Shown piece after piece: positions 26,190 through 39,186 of a stretch of 64,000 nucleotides of DNA (position 1 is the first letter of the stretch; the number at the start of each line of letters is the position of its first letter). The notes under the pieces are model-generated. The model saw nothing but the letters and a program-made list of their open reading frames with translations. It searched no databases and was not told where the DNA came from. Made by a program: the position numbers and the translations under genes. Source of the stretch: the human T2T-CHM13v2.0 reference genome, Homo sapiens; NCBI RefSeq assembly GCF_009914755.1, contig NC_060925.1; one strand, 5' to 3'.

Positions 26190-27155
26190 ACCTGGCCTAA
26201 AGGCTCATGATCTGCTTCCTTCCTACCTCTCTGACCCTTTCTCCATTCTCTCTACCCCTCATTTATTAAGCCCAAGCCATACTGCTCCTCTGTGAAATTT
26301 CCAGGGTGTTGACACTCCAGGACCTTTGTACTTCCCTCTGCCTGAAATGCTCTTCTCCCCGCCCTTCACACAGCAGCTTCTCTTGTTTTAGAGGCCTCAG
26401 ATGTCATCTTTCAAGAGAGACTTTCCTGATCTCCTCGTATAAGGTAAACCCTTACCTCCAGTCACTCTGTTCTGGTTGTCTACTGCTGCATAACAAATAA
26501 ACCCAAAATTTTGTGTCTTAAAACAACAATCATTTTATTATCTCTTACAGTTTCTGTGGGTCAAAGACTTGGGAAGCGCCCATTAGGCTGATCTGGCTTA
26601 GGCTCTCTCAATGCAGCTATATTCATGGTATCTAGAGATGGAATAGTGAAGGGCTAGAGGAGCTAGAGGCTGGCTGGTCATCCCGTTCTCTCTGTGTATG
26701 TAGTCCAAGGGCCTTTCCATGTGGTCCCTTGGAGAAGACTAATTTGGTCTTCCTTACAATATGGCAACCTCAGGACAGTTGGCTGGCTCTCATGACACTC
26801 AGAGCTCCAAGGCAAATGTTTTACCACACAAGGCAGAAGCATCATCATCTTTTATGACCAACTTCAGAAGTTATACAGCTTCCTTTCTGCCATATCCTTT
26901 TGATTGCAAGTCACAAGCCTTCCCAGACTCAAGGGGAGGAAATTAATTAGACTCTAATTCTTCATTTCTTTATGGGGGCCTTAATTATGTCTTTTAAACT
27001 TTATGTTTGTCATCTGTACTTTCTCCTCCAGCCTCACCCTACTAGAAAATAAAATCCATGGAGAGAAAGACTTATTTTGGTCTGTTTCACCTCTGTATTT
27101 CTAATGCTTGCCTTATAGAAGGCACATAAAAATTCCATTGAAATGATGAATGAGA
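26190..27155 (+). mobile_element. L2 3' portion split by an MLT1 LTR
   Basis: ctcatgatctgcttccttcctacctctctgacc...cctgaaatgctctt...; terminus ctagaaaataaaatccatg...aaatgatgaatga. Confidence 0.7.
26468..26962 (-). mobile_element. MLT1F/G-like LTR
   Basis: ctactgctgcataacaaataaacccaaaa...cttaaaacaacaatcattttattatctc...cccagactcaaggggagg. Confidence 0.75.
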
Positions 27156-27619
27156 TGTTCTGCGGTATATGTGATGCCTGAGATGGCCTTTCAGCTGCCT
27201 GCAGCTCCAGTTTTTGAGCAGTTTCTCAAAAATCATCATTGGAAACTCTGAGAGATATTGTCAGGTTTGTTTTGTAGGGTGAGGTCCCTGGCTTCATTAG
27301 GCTGAGTGTCCTGGACTCTGGGTTCCACTGTCCTTCAGCTGCCCCTGGCACCAGAGCACACACAGAGCAAGAATTCCTCCTTCACATGTGATGCCCTTTG
27401 AGGGACTTTGCCTTGGTCTGCAGACCCTTCCTGTCTATGAAAGACATGTCATTTCTTCAGGAATCTTTATTCAGGAGGAAGTGCCCACCTACGCTGGGCT
27501 CCTAGCCCTTCTGTGAAATAATTCTTGCTGGGCTTTTGGGTCTCAAAGAAAATTTTTCTAAAGCTTTTCCATAAGCTATGAATCCCACCTCAAAGTAATT
27601 AAAAAATACTTATCAATGG

Positions 27620-27945
27620 GCGTCTTAGAATTCTCCAGAAAAACATAACAAACATGGTGTGTGTGTGCAATGTGTGTGTGTGTAGAGACAGACAAAGAGT
27701 TATTTTAAGGAGGTGGCTCATGTGACTGTGGATTATATATTCAAAATATGCAAGGGAGGCTGGCAGGCTGGAGACCCAGGAAAGAGTTGCAGTTCCCCCA
27801 AAGGCGATCTGCTGGCCAAATTTCTTCTTGCTCATAGAGGTCAGTTTTTGTTTTACTGAGACCTTCAACTCATTGGATGAGGCCCACTCACATTATGAAG
27901 GGCAATCTGCTTTACTCAACATCCACCAATTTAAATGTTGATCAG
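27620..27945 (-). mobile_element. MLT2B-like ERVL LTR (partial)
   Basis: ggcaggctggagacccagg...ttcaactcattggatgaggcccactcacattatgaagggcaatctgctttactcaa. Confidence 0.8.
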
Positions 27946-28028
27946 TGCTCTTCCATCTGCCTAGAGTGTCCACAGACTAATCACCTGGTGGTGAAAATTT
28001 ACAGGCTTGGGCTTCTGTGTGAGGACCC

Positions 28029-28429
28029 CATATTAGTACATTCTCGTACTGCTATAAAGAAATACTTGAGACTGTGTAATTTGTAAAGAAAAGAGGCTTA
28101 ACTGGTTCACAGTTCTGTACAGGAAGCATAGCAGCGTCTGCTCGTCTTCAGGGAAGGCCTCAGAAACTTACAATCATGGCAGAAGGCAAAGGGGACACAG
28201 GCACCTCTTAGGTGGCTGGAGCAGGAGGAAGGGGGTGGGGAGGTGCTACACACTTTTAAACAACCGAACTCCTGACAACTCTATCACAAGAACAGCACTA
28301 GGGGGATGGTGTTGACTCATGAGAAACCACCGCCAGGATCCAATCACCTCCCACCAGGCCCCACCTCCAACACTGGGAATTGTAATTCGACATGAGATTT
28401 GGGCAGGAGCACACAGCCAAACCATACCA
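28029..28429 (-). mobile_element. MSTA solo LTR
   Basis: tattagtacattctcgtactgctataaagaaatac...caatcacctcccaccaggccccacctccaacac...aaaccatacca; near-TSD gaccc/gcccc. Confidence 0.88.
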
Positions 28430-29199
28430 GCCCCCGTTCCCCCACAGCCACTCTTGCCACAGGCAGCTCTGACCAATGCACATGGTTCCAAGAGTTGGCC
28501 TTTTACAGAATTTTTTCCTATGTCTATCCCTCAAATCAGCACCCAACACTGCAGAGTCATGACTCTGGGGATGAGCTCTCTGCTACCTTCACAGAGCAGG
28601 AGACCTTAACCCCAGAGCCGGAGACCACGGAAGAGAAGCAGCTTCCCCTGAAATCATAGGCAGGATTTGAGCGTGACAGGATGTGCAGTTTTCTAGGGAG
28701 AGGGGCCACAGTTTTCATCAGATTCTGAAGTGGGTCTATGAACCCCAAACACACCACAAGGCAACATGTCATCCCTTCAGTCCTTGGCCCTCATTGATCT
28801 TGTTTTCTGGTTATTTATCCAAAAAGTTCAGACAATCATGTGACCTGGTGGTGCCATGATGAACCAAATGCCGCCTCATCTTAGTTGGGAGAGGCTCCTG
28901 TCTGCTGTTTTTTGAGAAATGTAATTGTCTAGAAGATCCAGAGCGTTTCTTCTGAGTAGCTCTGCCACTCAGACCCACATACGTTATGTGGGGGCTTATA
29001 CATGGAGGCCCTGGGAGGGAGGCATGGCCCGACTCCACTCCAGATGCTCACAGTCCCCCTGGTCGTGCCCTCTATTAGAGCACCCCTTGGCCTTTCTCCT
29101 GGAATTGGAAAGGATCAGGATGAAGGCTGAAGCTTAGATTTTTGAGCAGAGGTAATTTCAGAAGGTGGAATCATAGCTTAAGAAACTCTCTGGGGATTT

Positions 29200-29740
29200 T
29201 TCCTGATGCAAAGCTAACAAGACATTGTGATAATTTCTCTGGAGCTGGCCTCATTCCAAGTTGGATTTTAAACGCAGATTATAAAGCAAACACCATCCCC
29301 CACAAGTATTAAAGGAGGGGAAAATAACAGAACGGGGGCTGCAAAAATGGTCTCTATTGTGGGACCAAAAGCCGTCAATCATGTAGGCTGACAGGCGTCA
29401 GAGATTGACAGACAGGCCCTCGCTCCTGACTTCAGTTATCAAGGGGAATGGGAAAAGTGTCTGCAAGAACATGTTAAATTGCCAAAGTCATTACCAGTCA
29501 CCAATTACCAAAGAAAAGATAACAAGGTGTATTTTAGAAAAATCGATGCAACAACATGCATTTCAATACAGTGAATTTTTTAGAACTTTCAAAAACGAAA
29601 CGAACTATTTAGGGAATACACAATGGTTTTCAGTGAATACCAAACACTGGGCTTTGTAAAGTCATCAATATTCACTTTAGATTTGGCTCTGCTTTAGGGG
29701 AGCAGAGATCAAGCAGTAAACTAATATACTTCATTTTTTC
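29200..29740. promoter_or_regulatory. candidate conserved enhancer with PBX/MEIS cluster (island 4)
   Basis: CCGTCAATCA 29372-29381, TGACAG 29389-29394, GATTGACAG 29403-29411, AAATCGAT 29540-29547, AGATAA 29517-29522. Confidence 0.55.
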
Positions 29741-30119
29741 CCCCTGCAGTTCCACCCAAAGGACAAAATGATAACTGGAGGACCAGCTGGTTTTCCTGTA
29801 AACTTCTTCAAAGAAAGACCCAGCTGGTCACTGAGGGCACCTTCTGGGGCCCTGGGCATGGACAGGGCACAGGTCAAGTAGGTGATGGTGTGATGATGAG
29901 AGGGGTGCATTTGTCCCAGGAGGTCCTTCCACACGACCCAGCACAACTTCCTAATCATCTCCTCTGCGCCCTCCCCTGGGCTGGCCCCTGGGGATGGAGA
30001 CATTGAAGGACACAGTGCCTGCCCTATTGGGCCCTGAAGTCTGGGGTGGCAAAAGGAGGCGCATGAAGCCAACAGATTATAGGACAATGCAGACTCATAA
30101 TAGTTACCAACAAGAATGA

Positions 30120-30480
30120 ATGATGTGCAACAGGAATGGGAGAGTCTGCTGCAGCCTGGAAGCATCAGAGGAGGCCAGAGAGAGAAGGGAGCATGGCAGC
30201 CCATTCTTCAAAAATGAGGACATCTTTCGCTGGAGATGCAAACGCCTGAAAAGGAGGATGGTGCAACTTCGAAGTGGGAGAGTGCAGGGAGATGACAATG
30301 ATAGGACAGGAGTGAGCTCTACTATGGTAAGCCTTAAATGACAGGCTGGGATGTTGGCCATCTTGTGGGCCATGGGAAGCCATTGAAAGTTCTTGAGCAG
30401 GGTTGTGAAACAGCCAGAGTTAGGCAATGGGAAGCCAGCTCTGGCAACAATGCAGTGCATGGACAGAAGGATGAAACTTT
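30120..30480 (-). mobile_element. L2 fragment
   Basis: gggccatgggaagccattgaaagttcttgagcaggg...ctctggcaacaatg. Confidence 0.6.
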
Positions 30481-30866
30481 GGAGGGCTGTTGGAGCACAT
30501 CCTGTGGAAGGGGCTGAAGTCCTGCACTTGGGTGGAGCATGGGGAAGTCCCAGTGGGCTGCTATCATACTGCATCCATGAGGCTCTCCCTGGTCTCTGCC
30601 TTCTGATCTTCTGCTCAGATACCATGTCTTCATGCTGCCTCTCTCATCTACTGTTAGAACAGTTCCCTCCTTCTTGCAGCCTCCAAGGCTCTCTATTGAA
30701 CGGCCCGTGTGATATGAGCTGCACTCAGTTGCCCCAGTAGTCCAGGTCAGCAACCTTGCAACCTTCTGCAAGGTTGCAATTCTGCAAGGACAGCAACCTT
30801 GTCACATGCCTCTCTGGGTTCCTTCAGCACACAGTGCAGCTCCCCTCCCAACAGAGAGAAAAGGAT

Positions 30867-31572
<706 letters not shown>

Positions 31573-31892
31573 AGGATAAACAGCAAAACCCTGAGTGGGG
31601 CAAGCATTTCATGGTAGTGCTCAAGAAATACCAGAACTGTCACGCATTTGCCCAGTGGACCACTCATTTTCAGCTTGGATCCAAGTTGCCAGAAGGATCT
31701 AATGTGATTGGATAAAAGAAGGCTTAGAAACCCTTCCTAGTTCTGCAGTATGACCAGGATTTTGAGGCTAAGAGTGCTTAGAAAGAAAGAAAGGGGTTCT
31801 GGGCCTCAAAAAGGGAAAGTAATAGGCATGAGGTGGAGACATTTGTCATCAGCATTAGAGGAAAGCAAGCCCTTTTCCATATGATTGGTAGG

Positions 31893-32025
31893 TGGCATGA
31901 CCATATCATCAATTGTTCAAACAGGGACACGTTTGAGGGTGAAAGGGGCATCGTGTATAGTTTCTACATGATGGCAGGCTTTAATTGGGATGGTCCCTGA
32001 GAAAGTGTAATGTGTGGTCACCATA
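31893..32025. mobile_element. MER94-like hAT-Blackjack MITE
   Basis: tgaccatat...caaacagggacacgtttgagggtgaaagggg...tggtcaccata; inverted termini tgacca/tggtca. Confidence 0.7.
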
Positions 32026-32749
32026 ATGATAGACACTGCTGCTGACTCATCTCCCTGCTCCCCACCATGACCTCCTTATATTTTGTAGGTGATGGGAATA
32101 TCCACTCTTGACCTTTCCCCATCCCTCATATGCTCCTCCCTCTCCCTAGGACTTAACTGGCAGGCGAATTTGGAACGAGGATGGAGTATGGCTCAGCCTC
32201 TTTTAGTTCTCTCTGTCTTTTGGGGCAGCTGTCCTCAGCATTCAGGCATTCTCTCTTCTTCCACGTAGTCTACTTAAGGGGAATGTCTGTCTTTGTGGAA
32301 AAGGCCAAGGTTGTCTAGTTGGACAGTGCTTGGGTGGAGAGAGAACTGTTAGGGAGCCTGGCGTGACCACTGACCTAAACCTTTAATTAGCCTCAGTGAA
32401 GACGGACCTGATAGTTTCAGTTCTGTCTGATTCCAGTATCTCCTTTTCAGTTGATTCTATACTCAGAGCAGAGTGTGGCTATCATTCCCCCAAACCCAAA
32501 ATCATCCTAAGCAGAGGCTGGGAATTTTCAGAGTTAAAAAGCCTGTCTACAATGAAGTGGTGTACCAGCACAGGCCAGCATGAGGCCAGGACTGAGAACA
32601 CACCAGTAGAACTTGAGAAACACAAGAAAAAGAAAAATCTGGGCTGATTTATCCATGTGTGTGTATCTGGATGTGAGTTTTCACCAGTTTGTTTTGGGAA
32701 GGATATGGAAATTAATGATCAGAACTCCACAATACATATATATTTTAAA

Positions 32750-34140
32750 AATAAATTTCATTTCATTGAGGTCATAAATTACATGCCATAAAAGGAACCA
32801 ATTTGAGTTTTGACGAATGTATACACCTTTGTAACTACCACATCAATCAACATATAGAGCATTTCCATCTCTCCAAAAAGTGTCCTGTGCCCCTTCTCTG
32901 CTCCTTCCCCCAAAATTTCCCCCTCCAGGGAACCGCTGATGTGATTTCCATCATTATAGGTTAATTTAATCTGTTCCAGAACTACATGCACATGGATTTA
33001 TACAGTATGTTTTATCTTTTATCTGATTCATCTGTGTTGTACCATGTATTGGTAGTTCTTTTTTCACTGCTGAATGGTGTTCCATTGCATGAGTGTATCA
33101 CAATTTATCCATGCACTCGTTGATGAACATCTGACGGGTTTCCTGTTTTAAGCTATTTTGAATAAAGCTGCTATAAACATTTGTGTACAAGCCTTTCTGT
33201 GGCCATATGTTTTTCTTGGATAAATACCTAGGTATTGCTAGGTCATACAATAACTGTATGTTTTTCTGTGGACGGTGGTACATGCATGTAATCCCAGCTA
33301 TTCAGGAGGCTGAGGCAAGGAGGATTGCTTGAGCCCAGGAATTTGAGGCTGTAGTGAGCTGTGATCACGCAATTGCACTCTAGCCTGGGCAACAGAGCAA
33401 GATCCTGTCACTAAAAATTTTTTTAAGTGTATGTTTAAATTCATTAAAAAAAACTGCACAACTATTTATAAAGTAACATTGTACACCCTCCACCAGAAAT
33501 TGTGTGAGTTCCAGTTCCTCAACATACTCACTAACATTTGGTATTGTCTATTTTAAAAAATTTAAGTCATTGTAGTGGGTATGAGCACTACTACTTCATT
33601 GAGGTTTTAATTTGCATTTCCTTGGTGACTAATGATGTTAAACGTCTTTTAATGGTCTTATTGGCCATGTGTATATCTTCTTTTGTGAAATGTCTGATCA
33701 AACATTTCACCCGTTTTTAAATTGGTTTGTTTGTCTTAGGTTGTAAGAGCTCTTTAAATATTCTGGATCAAAGTCCTTTGTACTTTTGTGTTTTGTTTTG
33801 TAGTTTATAGTTTTAGGTTATATGTTTAGGTCTATGGTCCATTCAAGTTAATTTTTCTGTATGGTGTGAGGTAGGTGTCAAGGTTTATTTTTTTCCCATA
33901 AGGATACCCAGTTGTTCCATCACCATTTGTTGGAAAGGCTATCCTTTTCCCTACTGAATCATTCTGCACATTCATCAAATATCAACTGAACATATATGTA
34001 TAGGTCTATTTCTTGACTCTGTTCTGTTCCATTGACTTAGCTGTATATCCTTATATGAATACCACATTGTCTGAATACCACCATTAACTTTACAATAAGT
34101 CTTAAAATCAGCTAGAGTAAGTCCTCCAGCTTTAGAATAC
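32750..34140 (-). mobile_element. L1MB/MC 3' region
   Basis: ttgacgaatgtatacacc...gaataaagctgctataaacatttgtgtacaag...ttttaatttgcatttccttggtgactaatgatgtt. Confidence 0.85.
33266..33423 (+). mobile_element. Alu monomer (FRAM/FAM-like) inserted in L1
   Basis: single arm ggaggattgcttgagcccaggaatttgaggctgtagtgagc; near-TSD taactgtatgttt 33251-33263 / taagtgtatgttt 33424-33436. Confidence 0.85.
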
Positions 34141-34899
34141 CATACTATATATCATTTGTGATTGTTGGAAACAAATGTGCTTGAATTAAATGTATAATAA
34201 ATTGTATACATTATCCTTTCTTGGTGTGGGTTGTTCAATCACTCTCAATCAATACATTTGTGGTCTTCAGAGAATCCTGAGTTAAAGTACTCATTTGGGT
34301 TTTGCAATAAATAAAGATCTGGACTGGTGGAGTCCTTGCCATAGCGATCATGATTCTGGTTGCAACCCAGACAACTAACCTCCCTTACAGGACGTTGCTC
34401 TTTAATAAAGTGAGTTCCTGTCTGGGTTTGCTCCTCCTGCCACTGGCACATACAAGGCATCAACACATCTGCTGTCTGGTTTCTCCAGCTGTGGTGTGAT
34501 GGAAAGAATTCTAGACCAGCTAGTTGCAGAGTGCCCTTCTCTGACCTTCACCATAGAGCTGCTTGTGATTTTCACAAATGGCTTGAAAAGGCCTAAATTA
34601 AAGAGCCACGTTCAGGGCTCGCAGAAGGCCCAACTGCTGGGTTGGTCCAACCTTCAGTGAATCTGAGGGTTCCCAGCCAAGAGCCCCCCTCAGGTGGGGT
34701 CTGCCACCCACCCAGAAATGAGACACATCCTAAATCCTCATCAGAGCCTGAACCTGAGTCAGGCATTAGCTGGAAACCCAAACAGTATCATTCCATTCTA
34801 AAGGGACTCTTTTCCCAAACTGCAATTTGACTTCAACACTCCCGTAATTCTTGTTTCCCTGTAGCCAGTGTGTTTAGCTTAGCTTTCAACTTGTTCTGC

Positions 34900-35125
34900 A
34901 GTGTACATCGGGAATCAAAAGATCTGGGTTCAGGTTCTGGCTCTGACACCTACTAATAGAGTGACCTTGGGTAAAACACTTTACATTTCTGAGAGTCTAG
35001 TTTTCACCTTATGGAATAAAGATTCTAACATCTTCCTCACAGAGCTACTGTATGTGTATGGAAGTGTTTTATCAATATAAATCACAGTGCAATAATCCAT
35101 ATAAAGGATGATTATTATTATTTCT
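34900..35125 (+). mobile_element. MIR
   Basis: gatctgggttcaggttctggctctgacacc...gtgaccttgggtaa. Confidence 0.75.
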
Positions 35126-35195
35126 CCTTTTAGACAAAATATAGCTAACAGAGAGCATGAGGAACGTCAGTGGTTCCTATAGGGGAAAAGGTGTG

Positions 35196-35670
35196 TGTAT
35201 TAGTTTGCTATGGCTGCTGTAACAAACTACCACAAACTTGGCTTGAAACAACGAAAGTGTAGGATCTCACAATTCTGGAAGCAAGAAGTCCGAAATCAGT
35301 TTCACTGGGCTGAAGTCAAGGTGTAGGCAGGATCATGCTTCCTTCTGAGGCTCCAGGGTAGAATCTACTCCTGTTCTCTTCCAGGCGCTTGTGGCTGCCT
35401 GCCTTCCTTGAGCTTGTGGCCTTATCGCACTTCTGCTTCCATCTTACTATCACCTTCCCTTCTTCTGTGTCTACTTTTCCTCTGCCTCTTTCCCAAAAGG
35501 ATATTTGTGACAGCATTTAGAGCCCATCTGGATAATCTATTATAATTGCTTCATCTCAAGATCCTTCACTTAATCACATCTGCAAAAACACACAGGTTTA
35601 TCATATCGGTGGCATTCACAGTTCAAGGATGAGGCTCTGATATTTTTGGAGGTCATTTATCCTGCTATTG
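35196..35670 (-). mobile_element. MLT1D-like solo LTR
   Basis: tgtattagtttgctatggctgctgtaacaaactaccacaaac...gaaatcagtttcactgggctgaagtcaaggtg...cttaatcacatctgcaaa. Confidence 0.82.
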
Positions 35671-35879
35671 TGTGTGTCTGTGTGTGCGTGCATGCACATA
35701 TGTGTGTTGATGGGTGTGATACAGAACAGGAAAGAAAAGCACATCCCCTTTAATTCAGTCTAAATGTCCCTTGTGAAAGTTTGCCTCTGAAGTCTTCCCT
35801 ACACCTCCTGTGGAAGAATAGCCTTTTTATAGATTCCTAGAACATCAGAGTTGCCTGGGCTTTTATGATTCCCCTAACC

Positions 35880-36024
35880 CAGGGGTTAGCTAACTACAGT
35901 CCCATGGGCCAAATCTGGTTCCTGCCTGTCTTGCCAAGTTGTATAGTTTTGACAGAGACCGTTTGACTAACAAAGCCTAAAATAGTTATGATCTGGCCCT
36001 TCAGAAAAAGTGTGCTGTCTGTAG
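35880..36024 (+). mobile_element. MER58A hAT-Charlie MITE inside a MIR (MIR about 35835-36145, minus)
   Basis: caggggttagctaactacag...gggccaaatctgg...aaagcctaaaata...tctggcccttcagaaaaag. Confidence 0.75.
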
Positions 36025-36654
36025 GCCTAGACCAATGCCTCCACCATACAGATGGGGAAACTGAGGCCCAGGGGTGCAGGTGACCTGCTCAAGCTCTCAC
36101 AATGACTTGGGAATGGATTTCAGAACTGTGAGTCCAGTGCTCTTGCCCAACATGGACCTTTCCCAGGGTTCTCCTCTGCCAGAACTTGCCCTTCTTTGGG
36201 CATGTGGATGACTGGAGCCCAGTGCCTGTCAGATTCCAGCAGGTGTCAGCCTCCTCTCTGGAAAACCTGTTAGCAGGGGCTGCAAGCAGACACTGGAGGT
36301 TCAAGCAGATGCTGGATCACTTCTCAGTGAGTATCTGCTGTGCCTGACATAGTGCCTGCTGAATAAGTGAATGGGTAATGGGATGAATAAATGATGTAGT
36401 CCAGGTGGTTTGAGGGACCTGCGCTGACATGGGCTGACCAGCCTTTAGAGAACACAGGAAGTCTCAAGCTGGTGCAGTGGAGAGGATCACAGAGACAGTC
36501 CCAGCATTCAAATCTCTGGCCTGAGGCTATTATGGGGGCATAACCCCCAACTCACCACCTCCCAGGAGGCCACAGGAAAACTTGGAGTTTGCAGAAGCAG
36601 CTGAGCTGGTGAAGTCCACTGGCAACTCTCAGAGAGGTGGGGAGGGACTGTGGG

Positions 36655-36910
36655 GCCTTTAATGATGACTAATTTACAGCCTATTAATGCGGTGGTAATT
36701 AAGAATATTCATTTTATTAAAAGCCGTTTACTGTAATAGTGCATGCAAATCTGGAGAGTGGCATTGTGCTCACGTACCAATCAACATAGGTCTATTGTGG
36801 CTCTGTGGATGGCAGGTCGCTGCGTCACTAATTGTTAAGAGTTTAGGGTCTAATTTTAAACCCTTTTAATTCCATTTGAAATAATTGCCCTAATGAAATT
36901 CAAAGTACTC
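36655..36910. promoter_or_regulatory. candidate conserved enhancer (island 5)
   Basis: dense TAAT cores, TAATTA 36696-36701, TTTTATTAA 36712-36720, octamer ATGCAAAT 36743-36750, CATTGT 36762-36767. Confidence 0.55.
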
Positions 36911-37299
36911 AGAGGCAGCCATGGAAAAAGTGGATGGTGCCCCCGCCTCGAGCCCCCAGGGAGCTGGGCTTTGAGAGCCGTGGCAGGGGCTGAGCTTGTC
37001 CTGGGGCTACGCTGGCTGCTCTCTTCCCATAAGAGGAAGCCAGCCCCAGTGAAGGGTGGGAAGCTTCCTCCAGGGCCAGGCCCCTGTCTGCAGTGCTAAC
37101 AGCAGCTGAGGCTGAGGAGGAGTCAGTCTGGGTGGAGAGGGACCACAGGAAGAGGATGCTGTCTAAGTCATTTCTGTAAGCCACACAGGGATAGAATCTA
37201 CAGAGAGGAGAGGGGAGCCCCTGTCCAAAGACCAATGTTTTTAGCTCCAATGGCATTGTGGCCTTAATTGGCAGAGCAGCTGAACTCAGGGATCAATAT

Positions 37300-37540
37300 A
37301 ACAAAACTCTTTCTGATGGCTTCCTGCATGCCAGGTGCTCTCCCAAGCATTATCTCACTTAATCCTCACAGCCTCACAGCACCCTTAGAGGTGGATTGCA
37401 TGATTTCTCCATTTTACCAATGAAGGAACTGAGGCTGAGAGAGGACCAGTATCTTTTCAAAAGTCAGACAGGTTAAGTGGCAGAGCCAGACTTGAGCCAA
37501 GGCTTTTCCATCTGTCTTCTCAGAGTTTATCTGTCCAGTC
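37300..37540 (-). mobile_element. MIR
   Basis: tatctcacttaatcctcacag...ccattttaccaatgaaggaactgaggctgagagagg...taagtggcagagccag. Confidence 0.8.
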
Positions 37541-37611
37541 TACAACATTCTGTAGAGGTGGGTCTGAAGTCAGCCTTGAGCAACTCAGGTGCAATGCTCA
37601 TTCCTTTATGC

Positions 37612-37798
37612 CAGTGGTTCTGAGCCTGACTGGAGACCACAATCACCTGGGAGGCTTTGTAAGAACAGATTCCTGAGCCTCACTCCAGATTCATGGAATC
37701 AGGATCTTTAGGGACTAGGGCCTGAGAATCATTATCTATTACATGCTGCCCATGTGATTCTGATGGGGCTAGTCCATGGATTGGCTTGGGAACTCTTG
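37612..37798. mobile_element. MER5-type hAT-Charlie MITE
   Basis: cagtggttct...aatcacctgggaggcttt...cagattcctg...gtgattctgatg. Confidence 0.75.
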
Positions 37799-37837
37799 CC
37801 ACAGGCTGGTCTCTATTTTTTGTCCCCAGTGCCATGT

Positions 37838-38201
37838 TATATTAGTTCATTCTCTTGCTGCTAATAAAGACATACCTGAGACTGCATAATTTATAAAGGA
37901 AAGAGGTTCAATTGACTCACAACTCCACATGGCTGGGGAAGCCTCACAATCATGGCAGAAGGTAAAGGAGGAGCAAAGGCACATTTTACATGGAGGCAGG
38001 CAGAAAAGCATGTACAGGGAAACTGCTCTTAATAAAACCATCAGATCTCATGAGATGTATTCACTATCACCAAAACAGCACGGGAAAAACCTGCTCCCAT
38101 GATTTAATTACCTTCCACTGGGTCCCTCTCATGACACATGGGGATTATGGAAGCTACAATTCAAGATGAGATTTGGGTGGGGACACAGCCAAACCATATC
38201 A
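37838..38201 (-). mobile_element. THE1C-like solo LTR
   Basis: gctgctaataaagacatacctgagac...gagatttgggtggggacacagccaaaccatatca. Confidence 0.9.
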
Positions 38202-38497
38202 TAAATCTAGTCCATGGCGTGTAAAAGGTGCTAAGAGCCTGTTGAATGCAGCTCATCATCAGAGGTCTACATCTTCTGCTGAGTGCTAGTGTAGCTTAAT
38301 GAACAAAGTGTTCTGGAAGCAGAATCATGAGAAACTATCTTGAATGAAAGCAGAGGTGAGTCTATTGAAGCCACCAGAGAAATAACTTTTGCTCAAAGGG
38401 TAAGTAGGATCTTGGCAGGCGGGAGAGCAGAGGAAGAGCATAAGAGAGAAAGGGAACAGTAGCATGAGCAAAGACTCAGAAGCTTGAAAGTCTGGCA

Positions 38498-39184
38498 TCT
38501 GGCACACAGACCCTAAGATGATCCCTATGATCCCTGCCTTCTGGTGTTCATGCCTGAGTGTGAGTGGGACCTGTGACTTGTTTCTGACCAATAAATTATG
38601 GCAAAGATGATATGCCACTTCTGTGATGACATTACTTTCCAAAGACTCCATCTTGCTAGCAGTCTTGCTCTCGCTCTCTCCCACTGGCTTTGAAAAGGCA
38701 AGCATCTGTGTTGTGCACTGTCTGTAAAGAGACCCACGTGGCAAAGAACTGTAGGTGGTTTGTAGGAGTTGAGAGCCTCAGTCCTTCAGCTTCAAGGAAC
38801 TGATGTCTGCCAACAGACTGGGTGAGCCTTAGAGAGGACCCTTCCCTACTCCAACCTCAAGATGAGAATGCAGCACAGCCAACACCTTGGTTGCAGCCTG
38901 TTGAGACCTTGAGGCAGAGAACCCAGCTAAGCCAGGCCTGGACTCTTGACCTACAGAAACTGAGATAATAAACTATGCTTTTCTTGTTTGTTTTCTGTTT
39001 TTGTAGGGACAGGGTCTCACTATGTTACCCAGGCTGATCTCGAACTTCTGGGCTCAAGCAATCCTCCTACCTCGGCCTCCCAAAGTGCTGGGATTACAGA
39101 TGTGAGCCACTGTGCCCAGCTGTATGTTGTTTGAAGTTGCTAAATTTGTGGCCATTTGTTACTTAGCAATAAAAAATGAATACA
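38498..39184 (+). mobile_element. MLT1E-like solo LTR with FLAM insertion
   Basis: gacccacgtggcaaagaactg...gaacccagctaagcc...gctaaatttgtgg...ttgttacttagcaata...aataca. Confidence 0.82.
38979..39121 (-). mobile_element. FLAM_C-like Alu monomer
   Basis: gggtctcactatgttacccaggctg...ctgggctcaagcaatcctcc...gagccactgtgcccagc, single arm. Confidence 0.85.
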
Positions 39185-39186
39185 AC

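Noticed and set aside
28680-28750. Charlie4z-like fragments here and near 47340-47430
   Set aside because: Too short and diverged to list with confidence.
29731-30771. Overlapping 145-173 aa minus-strand ORFs
   Set aside because: They overlap an L2 fragment in several frames; no family resemblance or exon structure.
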